From: Clostridiales bacterium
GTDB taxonomy: Bacteria > Bacteroidota > Bacteroidia > Bacteroidales > Paludibacteraceae
Assembly (NCBI GenBank): GCA_963626555.1
Contig: CAVFXQ010000004.1
Location: 30,780 to 94,779, forward strand
Direction: 5' to 3'
DNA length: 64,000 nt
In this document: piece after piece, positions 57,054 to 64,000 of the stretch
Numbering within the stretch: the stretch's first letter is position 1
Layout of the letters: each line of letters opens with the position of its first letter
The notes under the pieces: model-generated
What the model was told of the DNA's origin: nothing
The model's input: the letters and a program-made list of their open reading frames with translations, nothing else
Databases searched by the model: none
Translations under genes and position numbers: made by a program

Positions 57054-57464
57054 TTAAAAAGGGAGATCGCTCGTTGAATCTACAGGTTGCGAATTCGCAT
57101 TGAAAGGTTCTGGTGTCTTCATTCCGTTAGGCATTGAAGGAGAACCCACAGGAGACTGCGTCTGTTGAGTAGGCTGAGCGTATCCTGCTTGAGCAGGCAT
57201 TACGCGCCATGCACGAATATCAGGAAACCATCGACCATTGTATTCATGAGCATCAATGTCCACACTAACCGTATACTCTCCTCCATTCTGAATGTTAAAC
57301 TGGTCTACACTGTTGCCAAAAACATTGAAAACGACCTTGCGTGTGTAAGGAGAACCATTATCATTATACTCCAACACATAGTCTTGCGATTTCCAAGCCG
57401 TTCCTTTTGCACTTGTTCCTGATTTTAAAGGAAGCACTGCTATGATCTTACCTGTAAAGTCCAT
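57054..57464 (-). CDS. DUF3127-family protein
   Basis: Starts MDFTGKIIAVLPLKSGTSAKG.AWKSQDYVLE...EYNGRWFPDIRAWRV, the family's characteristic OB-like pattern. Q/P-rich tail. Confidence 0.7.
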   Translation of the reverse strand: MDFTGKIIAVLPLKSGTSAKGTAWKSQDYVLEYNDNGSPYTRKVVFNVFGNSVDQFNIQNGGEYTVSVDIDAHEYNGRWFPDIRAWRVMPAQAGYAQPTQQTQSPVGSPSMPNGMKTPEPFNANSQPVDSTSDLPF

Positions 57465-57582
57465 CTTTATTTTATTATCTTTTGAGTTTGCAAATGTATT
57501 AAATTTTTCTGAAGAAAGAGAAGTTAGAGAGATAACAAAGGTGCGACTTTTCATCGCACCTTGATTCATTATCTTATATGTC

Positions 57583-58347
57583 TTATATGATTTCTAAATC
57601 TTTCTCTGGAATCCAACCGACATTTCCATCTGCCATTTGGATTTCAACCCATCCATTAAGCGAACTTTTCACTTTCACCTTTGTCCCTTCGTGAAGAACA
57701 AAAAGATCTGTTCCACTCTCATCTGGCGAACCTTTTCCCGTCGTTGACGGAGCAAAAATAATAGCCGTATCATGTGATAGTTGCTCATCTTTTTGTCTCT
57801 TAGCATAGACTATTGAGACTATACAGATAACAGCAGTAAAAACACTCGCAAAGAAAGCAGTCTTGCGAAGAGAAATTATCTTTCCAAAGAAATAGAGAGC
57901 AATTCCACCTAAAGTCATCAAAAAGCAAATGATGGCAAGTCTTGACCAACCATTCGAACTAAAAATTCCTTGCAATGACCTATTCCACTCTGAGAGAAAG
58001 AATTTATCCAATTCTTCTATTTTGTCTGTCGTCTGCATTTTAGCCATCTCCAAATTGAAGCGTACATCTTCATTGTTGGGGTCTAACTTCAAGGCTCTCT
58101 CATAATTAAGGATAGCAGAGGCTATTTCACCTTGTTTATATTTGGCATTACCCAAGTTGTAATACAAAGCTGCAGAAAAGCCCTCTTCCTGTAATATGGA
58201 AGTGTAAAGACTATCTGCCTCGGCATATTTTTCTGCCGAATAAAGTTTGTTGGCTTCTGACATTCTTTTTGAATTAGCCGCCGACATATTCAATGAAAAT
58301 AGCAAAGAAATTGCTATTGAAAATAGAATGGAAATATATCGTTTCAT
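57583..58347 (-). CDS. batE: Aerotolerance operon protein BatE (TPR plus SH3b)
   Basis: Signal peptide, TPR units, TM helices and a C-terminal SH3-like GWVEIQMADGNVGWIPEKDLE. Last gene of the bat operon order. Confidence 0.7.
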   Translation of the reverse strand: MKRYISILFSIAISLLFSLNMSAANSKRMSEANKLYSAEKYAEADSLYTSILQEEGFSAALYYNLGNAKYKQGEIASAILNYERALKLDPNNEDVRFNLEMAKMQTTDKIEELDKFFLSEWNRSLQGIFSSNGWSRLAIICFLMTLGGIALYFFGKIISLRKTAFFASVFTAVICIVSIVYAKRQKDEQLSHDTAIIFAPSTTGKGSPDESGTDLFVLHEGTKVKVKSSLNGWVEIQMADGNVGWIPEKDLEII

Positions 58348-58390
58348 CTATTGAATTTTTTAACCTTTTAATAACGACTCTTGTTCTGTG

Positions 58391-60244
58391 CTATTTCTTT
58401 ATTTGATCTTCCAGTGTACTAATAACATCAGCTGCCTTTTGATAGAGCTCATCCATTGCAGAAGAACTGTCCGATGATGGTGCGAATCGAGCGAACTCAC
58501 ATGTATTCAACACATCCATAAATTCTTTAACGACATCCTCAGAGACCTTGTGTTCTGTAAGCTGAGCCTCTATATTATCATTATTAAGTTCTGAAACTGG
58601 AATATTGAGTTTATCACTTGTATACCCCCACAACGATTTCAAAACCTCTTCATAAAATGCTTCAGACTCATTCTTTGACAAGTGTTGTTGAGCCTTTTTC
58701 AAGCGTTTTGTTGCTTGTTTATTAGCTCGCTTATTCTTCACAAGCGTAAGATTAGCATTCTCTTTCAACTGTTTTCTGTATAGAATAAAGAGAGTTGAGA
58801 AGATGCACAACGGGATTATAAACCATAGATAGAAACCTACAGTTCCAAAGAACGGCTTTTGTTCTTTATCTATCCCCGTGTCTTTCGCATTGATGAAGCG
58901 AATGTCTTTCCCCAAATATTTCACATCCTCTTTGTTGTTGTAGTTTGAAACGACTGGTGCATTTTCTGTTCCAGTACTTTCGCCCTTCTCTACCTTAATC
59001 GTATATGCTTCTGTTTTAAGAGTGATGTATTTCTTTGTTTTTGGATCAAAGAAAGAGAACGTCTTTGAAGGTATTTCGTAAGTCCCTGCATGGCGTGGGA
59101 TTGCGAGATACTCAATTTCCTTCGAACCATTGACTCCACTCTTAGTAGCATTAATTTTTGTGTTTACTTTAGGGTCGTACACCTCAAAGTCGCTTGGGAA
59201 AACCACCTCTGGTTCTTTCGCATATTTAATGTTTCCAGAACCTGAAAGCTTGATTTTGAGCGTAATAGCATCATTGGTCTTGACCTCTGTTGAATTGATG
59301 GACGACTCCATTTTAAACGAACCCACAGCATTGTTGAAATCGGCAGGGCGTCCTTGCGTTGGCAAAGGTTTTACCTCTATTTTCGTCCCCTTTATGTTGA
59401 CATCCTTCTTGACACGCTGCGTTGTACCAAAGAAATCATCCATATCCCAAAAACTATTGCTACGGCGTGTTGGTCTAACTTGAATTTCTGCCACGACCGT
59501 CATTTTTCCTGGCTCAATCTCTATTGTACCCGATTTTTGAGGGAATAGGACAGCCTTCTTTAAAATGTAAACATAGTAGCGTTGACCATTATACGTCTCA
59601 ATACCTGCGTTTCTTTCTTCGTCCTTTACATCTATCTCTTGAGCAATAAAACCTTTGTATTCAGGCAGTTTGATATTATCAAGACCAGAAACGTTACCTT
59701 TGTGGTAAAGCTTGATAGTCGTGATAATCTGTTCTTGCTCGTAAACATTTTTCTTATCATATTCTGCAACACAGAAAAGGTCAGAATCTGAAATTCCAGT
59801 ATTTGAGGACTGCACCTGCTGTCTTGAATTTGCAGAACTTTGTTGAGATCCGCTTTGTTGTGCCACAACTTTGATTGTCAAAGCATTAGACATAATCGTT
59901 TTACCATTCAAGGAAAAGCGCGCCGGTGAAATAGTGAACGTTCCCTCTTTACTTGGTGTCAAAACGTATGTATAGGCGACATTTTCTGTGGTACTCACAG
60001 ACCCATTAATGATAGATACGGATTTGCCCGAACTAACACTCGGTCCCATCAAAACCGTAAAATTGCTCATGTCTGGAGCTTGAAAATCCTCTGGTTTAGC
60101 GTTCTGTATATCAAATTGTAGACGGAACTGCTGTCCCATAGCAACAGTTCCTGGTGCACTTGCCTTGAAAGTAACGTCTCCACCTGCCACTGCATAGACG
60201 CAAGAGAGCGTTAAAGTGATAAGAAATAATAAAGTTTTCTTCAT
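58391..60244 (-). CDS. batD: Aerotolerance operon protein BatD (oxygen-tolerance family)
   Basis: 617 aa with a signal peptide, beta-rich repeated domains and a single C-terminal TM helix. Sits between batC and batE. Confidence 0.7.
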   Translation of the reverse strand: MKKTLLFLITLTLSCVYAVAGGDVTFKASAPGTVAMGQQFRLQFDIQNAKPEDFQAPDMSNFTVLMGPSVSSGKSVSIINGSVSTTENVAYTYVLTPSKEGTFTISPARFSLNGKTIMSNALTIKVVAQQSGSQQSSANSRQQVQSSNTGISDSDLFCVAEYDKKNVYEQEQIITTIKLYHKGNVSGLDNIKLPEYKGFIAQEIDVKDEERNAGIETYNGQRYYVYILKKAVLFPQKSGTIEIEPGKMTVVAEIQVRPTRRSNSFWDMDDFFGTTQRVKKDVNIKGTKIEVKPLPTQGRPADFNNAVGSFKMESSINSTEVKTNDAITLKIKLSGSGNIKYAKEPEVVFPSDFEVYDPKVNTKINATKSGVNGSKEIEYLAIPRHAGTYEIPSKTFSFFDPKTKKYITLKTEAYTIKVEKGESTGTENAPVVSNYNNKEDVKYLGKDIRFINAKDTGIDKEQKPFFGTVGFYLWFIIPLCIFSTLFILYRKQLKENANLTLVKNKRANKQATKRLKKAQQHLSKNESEAFYEEVLKSLWGYTSDKLNIPVSELNNDNIEAQLTEHKVSEDVVKEFMDVLNTCEFARFAPSSDSSSAMDELYQKAADVISTLEDQIKK

Positions 60245-60316
60245 TTTTGTTTCGTACTCAAATTCTGTGCAAAATTACAAAAAATTAGAATCAATGACAC
60301 TTCTCAGCCAACAGGC

Positions 60317-61210
60317 TTACCAATCTTTGTCTGTTTGGAAGCGAGAATCTTGAGCCTCAACTTTACGTTTTTTCTGTTGGTCTTGCTCTTGTTGCTCCAA
60401 TGCTTTCAGAATCTGTTCTGCATTGTCTTTCGACATTTGATCCTTATTTTGTTGTTGCTGTTCGTCTTTTTTCTCCTCTTGCTGTTGCTGCTGTTGTTGC
60501 TGTTGGTCATCTTTCTTGTCATCCTTCTTGTCGTCGTTGTTGTTCTGACCGCCATTACTTGGTGGTGTCATATTTTGAAGGATGTTAGCAACTTTCTTCT
60601 CATAGTCCTGCGCCATAGCAAGGTTGAAACGTGTGCTATCATTTTCTGGCGCACTTTTAAGCGACTCTTTATAGTCCTTGATTGGAGACTGAACTGTTTT
60701 CAGATTCTCTTGCAAAGACTGATAGAATTGTTGTTTTACTTGATTTACATCTTGCCCTGCAGCCTCAGCTTTCTCAATCATTTCATTGGTCATAATGATA
60801 GAGTCTAACGGAGTGAGACGCTTCATTCCCGCATTCCCTTTGTTATGATACATACTTGAGACAAGAGTCTTCTCCTCCTCAGAGGTAGTAGTCTTCAAAG
60901 TGGAATTGATGGCTTTTTTTAATGTCTTATCAGCCATTTCATACTTACCAATTCTATAGTCTGCATTGGCATTATTGTAGAGTGCTCCACTGCTTGTGGA
61001 GTCAATGTTCAATGCACCAACATACTTGATTTTTGCTTCGTCAAATTTTCCGTCCTCAAACTTCTCATTTCCACTATTGATATAGTCGCCTATCTGATAG
61101 AACGACAACTTGTCAGTATTTGAGAAAAACAAAATCAGCAAGATGAGCAAGACAGAACCTGCCACACTGATTGCAATTATTTCAGTTTTGTTCAAATCAA
61201 TCTTTCCCAT
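60317..61210 (-). CDS. batC: Aerotolerance operon protein BatC (TPR, low-complexity acidic/Gln tail)
   Basis: N-terminal TM helix, TPR units and a K/D/Q-rich tail including Q9. Confidence 0.65.
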   Translation of the reverse strand: MGKIDLNKTEIIAISVAGSVLLILLILFFSNTDKLSFYQIGDYINSGNEKFEDGKFDEAKIKYVGALNIDSTSSGALYNNANADYRIGKYEMADKTLKKAINSTLKTTTSEEEKTLVSSMYHNKGNAGMKRLTPLDSIIMTNEMIEKAEAAGQDVNQVKQQFYQSLQENLKTVQSPIKDYKESLKSAPENDSTRFNLAMAQDYEKKVANILQNMTPPSNGGQNNNDDKKDDKKDDQQQQQQQQQEEKKDEQQQQNKDQMSKDNAEQILKALEQQEQDQQKKRKVEAQDSRFQTDKDW

Positions 61211-61218
61211 ATTTGTCT

Positions 61219-62244
61219 CTATTCAAATAATTTGAAGTTCTTGAATAAACCGTTTTTACGCTCTAAAATAAAGATTTCAACAACGAGCAACACCAAAGCA
61301 ACCCATGCAATCGGAGGAAACTGCTCATTATACTCAGAATAAACCTTTGACTCCACATCACTCTTCGAGATTTTATCCAACTCTGCTTGAATCACCTTCA
61401 TCGCATTGTTGGTATTATCGGCTCGAACGTATGTGCCATTACCTGCCTGGGCAATCTCCATACACATATTCTCGTTCAATTTTGAAATGACCGTATTCCC
61501 TTGTTTATCCTTTCTGAATCCATTCGTACCTGGCACTGGGATCGGCGACCCTTCTGGCTTTCCAATACCAATCACGTTCACCTGAATGCCACGCTCTGCG
61601 ATTTGTTTGGCTACACCTACAGCATCGTCCTCATGGTTTTCTCCGTCCGTAATTACGATAATCGCTTGTCCTCGGTCAACATTCTCTTCTGAAAATGAGC
61701 GACTTGCCATCTCTAACGCAGCACCAATAGCCGTACCTTGTTGTTTGATAATGTCTGGTTGAATGGATGAAATGAATATCTTAGCCGACGAATAGTCTGT
61801 CGTGATAGGCAACTGCGTGTATGGATGTCCAGCAAAGATAATCACACCGAACTTATCGTTATTGAGACCATCTAACAACTTGTAAAGCATACGCTTAGAC
61901 TTTTCCAAGCGATTCGGCTGTACATCTTCGGCCAACATTGAATTGGAAATATCCAACGCCACCATCACCTCCAATCCTTTCTTCTTGACAGTCTCCAATT
62001 TTGATCCAAACTGTGGCCGCGCAACTACGAAAACAAGAGCTAAGAGAGCAACCAACGGAATGTAAAACTTTAAATGCTGTCTCGTACTTGATGCACCTGG
62101 CATCAAACCGTTAAGTAACTCTCTATCACCAAACTGCTCCAAACGCTTCTTTCTGCGCTCTCTTGCATACGCAAACAGTCCCAGCACAACTGGTATGAGT
62201 ACCAACAGATATAAGTATTGCGGATTGGCAAATCTAAATAACAT
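61219..62244 (-). CDS. batB: VWA-domain protein BatB
   Basis: N-terminal TM helices and a VWA MIDAS motif (ALDISNSM...TDGE). Confidence 0.8.
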   Translation of the reverse strand: MLFRFANPQYLYLLVLIPVVLGLFAYARERRKKRLEQFGDRELLNGLMPGASSTRQHLKFYIPLVALLALVFVVARPQFGSKLETVKKKGLEVMVALDISNSMLAEDVQPNRLEKSKRMLYKLLDGLNNDKFGVIIFAGHPYTQLPITTDYSSAKIFISSIQPDIIKQQGTAIGAALEMASRSFSEENVDRGQAIIVITDGENHEDDAVGVAKQIAERGIQVNVIGIGKPEGSPIPVPGTNGFRKDKQGNTVISKLNENMCMEIAQAGNGTYVRADNTNNAMKVIQAELDKISKSDVESKVYSEYNEQFPPIAWVALVLLVVEIFILERKNGLFKNFKLFE

Positions 62245-62315
62245 AATCAGTTCCTTTCATCTTTTTGATAATCAATCTACTACCTTCATCTTTCCTTCCT
62301 TGTTCTCACGTTATC

Positions 62316-63479
62316 TCACGGGATATGACGCAAAACAGTATTGCGAAGCAGTACCTCACAGAGCAAAAGCACAATGGCAGCAATGGCAAATGGGAAATAT
62401 CTTTCGTCCTTCTTACTATATTCTGTAACCGAAATTTTCGTCTTTTCCAACTGATCTATCTCGCTATAAATGGCTTTAAGAGACTTATTATCAGTGGCAC
62501 GGAAATACTTTCCATCTGTCTTTTGCGAGATTTCTTTCAACGTGGTTTCATCAATGTCTACTGGAACCATCTGGCGTTGGATTCCATACACGGTTTTAAA
62601 AGGATAGGGAGCTTGTCCTTTTGTTCCTACTCCAATCGTATAAACACGGATATTGTAGGCTTTTGCCAATTCCGCTGCGGTCAGTGGGTCAATTTCTCCT
62701 CTATTATTTGATCCATCTGTCAATAAAATAATGACCTTTGACTTTGCTTGGCTATCCTTGATTCGATTCACAGCATTGGCTAATCCCATTCCAATAGCCG
62801 TTCCATCCTCTTCAATCATCGTCTCCGAAATACCATTCATCAAACCAACAAGAGCAGGTTTGTCCGTTGTCAGCGGACTCTGAGTGAAACTTTCTCCTGC
62901 AAACACCACAATACCAATGTTGTCATTTGGACGAGAGGAGATAAACTCAACACCCACTGCCTTAGCAGCCTCTAAACGATTTGGCTTTAAGTCCTCCGCT
63001 ATCATACTACCAGAGACATCCATCGCCATGATAATGTCTATTCCTTCCACATTCTTATTTGACCAACTATCCGACGATTGCGGACGAGCCAAAACAATTA
63101 CCAACATAGAAATGGCGGCTAAACGTAGAACGAAAGGTACATGCAACAAATAGTATTTGTAACTCTTAGGTACACCTTGAAATGCGGATGTCGTTGAAAT
63201 CTGCAAATTTGCCGTCAACCTTTTTCTCCGATAGACATACCAACCGATAAGAGGAATGAGCAACAACAATAAATACAGATAGTTAGGGTGAAGAAACGTA
63301 ACATTATCTAATGTTGGCGCAGAGAGCGTATCAACAGACGTGTTATGTCCACCATTACTCTCAATCAGATAGGACGAGAATTTCAGTATTCCCAAAGCAA
63401 GGAGCATAACCGCTAACACAGTGACGATAAACATCCCATATTTAGCAATACCGTTATTTTTTTTATCAATATTATCCAT
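62316..63479 (-). CDS. batA: VWA-domain protein BatA (with ~55-aa N-terminal extension)
   Basis: MIDAS AMDVSGSM...LLTDGSNN and a C-terminal TM helix. An extra N-terminal TM segment precedes the usual FLHPNYLYLLLLLIP start. Confidence 0.75.
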   Translation of the reverse strand: MDNIDKKNNGIAKYGMFIVTVLAVMLLALGILKFSSYLIESNGGHNTSVDTLSAPTLDNVTFLHPNYLYLLLLLIPLIGWYVYRRKRLTANLQISTTSAFQGVPKSYKYYLLHVPFVLRLAAISMLVIVLARPQSSDSWSNKNVEGIDIIMAMDVSGSMIAEDLKPNRLEAAKAVGVEFISSRPNDNIGIVVFAGESFTQSPLTTDKPALVGLMNGISETMIEEDGTAIGMGLANAVNRIKDSQAKSKVIILLTDGSNNRGEIDPLTAAELAKAYNIRVYTIGVGTKGQAPYPFKTVYGIQRQMVPVDIDETTLKEISQKTDGKYFRATDNKSLKAIYSEIDQLEKTKISVTEYSKKDERYFPFAIAAIVLLLCEVLLRNTVLRHIP

Positions 63480-63485
63480 AATGAA

Positions 63486-64000
63486 TTAATTCTGAGATTG
63501 CAATGTCTTTTGTTCCCCCTCTTTATTTGAGGATGCAACAACAGGCTTCTCTTTCTTTTCTTCTTCAATAGGAATGATTTTGGTGTCATTCACAATCTTA
63601 TACGCATTAAGTATGCTAAGCTCATTCTCCTCCTGAGAAGGTTCCTGCTTGGCGAACTTTACCATATCAGAAGTGAAGAAGATTTGCTTCATCTTATCCA
63701 TCACAGGAGCAGCGTCTTGATTGTATTTCAAAGAGTCCAAAATCTCATCAGAGGTCATCTCTAAAGCCGATATTTTGAAGCGTTTTACGAAATACTCACG
63801 CAACGTGTCGGTGATATTCGTATAGTACTGTTTGGTGAATCCTTGTTTCCAAACCTTCTCCTCTTGAATCTCGTTCAATTCCTCCAAGGCAATCTCGTGT
63901 GGAAGTCGTGTGTCTTCTACTACGATTTCTTGATTTTCCGCTGCTTTCTTGCGTTTTATGTATTGATAAATGACATACCCCACCACAACAGCGCAAGCGA
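63486..64000 (-). CDS. DUF4381-like protein, N-terminus outside window
   Basis: The frame stays open to the window edge (...ACAVVVGYVIYQYIKRKK looks like a TM helix). Position upstream of batA matches the conserved operon. Confidence 0.55.
   Translation of the reverse strand, partial: ACAVVVGYVIYQYIKRKKAAENQEIVVEDTRLPHEIALEELNEIQEEKVWKQGFTKQYYTNITDTLREYFVKRFKISALEMTSDEILDSLKYNQDAAPVMDKMKQIFFTSDMVKFAKQEPSQEENELSILNAYKIVNDTKIIPIEEEKKEKPVVASSNKEGEQKTLQSQN

Noticed and set aside
60335-60808. 157-aa Leu-rich plus-strand ORF
   Set aside because: It is antisense to batC and is produced by the complement of the Q/K/D triplet repeats. The protein would be low-complexity, so it is not credible.
1-64000. 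Prophage, integrative element, IS or transposon genes, and rRNA operons
   Set aside because: No integrase, transposase, capsid/terminase-like or rRNA-like sequences were recognised on either strand. The accessory regions therefore cannot be assigned to a defined mobile element from this window.

Overview
This window looks like a chromosomal segment of a Bacteroidota genome, probably a Prevotella/Bacteroidales-type organism. Supporting evidence: TAnnTTTG -7 promoter boxes, T9SS type A and type B C-terminal sorting domains, a batA-E aerotolerance operon, a DUF4290-murA pair, PFOR and carboxynorspermidine decarboxylase. Most of the window is housekeeping: aroE, M16 peptidase, NfeD, murA, nifJ/PFOR, nspC, aspartate kinase, transketolase, nth and the bat operon. 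It also holds tRNA-Gly, tRNA-Leu and tRNA-Thr, and a probable SRP RNA that abuts tRNA-Thr. Three accessory regions stand out. (1) A ~19.0-26.35 kb island carries a split HipA kinase pair (HipS/HipT-like, no HipB). Next comes a decayed, repeat-rich spacer with three copies of a palindrome-bearing element, one of which truncates an AlbA_2-like gene, plus an iteron-like array of AAAAGTAGACTGTC. The island ends with a tightly packed operon of an m5C methyltransferase, a McrB-like AAA+ protein and a McrC-like (DUF2357/PD-DxK) protein. The motor and nuclease part of that operon differs sharply in base composition from the McrB N-terminal domain and from the methyltransferase. (2) A 28.4-30.0 kb islet between murA and a lipid cluster holds a decayed DUF3791/DUF3990/DUF3791 cassette, with the middle gene reduced to 23 codons, and a second paralogous m5C methyltransferase. 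(3) An intact, translationally coupled DUF3791-DUF3990-DUF3791 cassette sits at 53.7-54.6 kb. Its DUF3990 member shows ADP-ribosyltransferase-like H and Y motifs, which makes it a candidate toxin-antitoxin or defence module. A compact type II FAS-like cluster (aryl-polyene/flexirubin-like) with an exporter fusion lies at 30.2-37.7 kb. I found no CRISPR array, rRNA, integrase or transposase. All family assignments come from motif recognition by eye, not from database searches.
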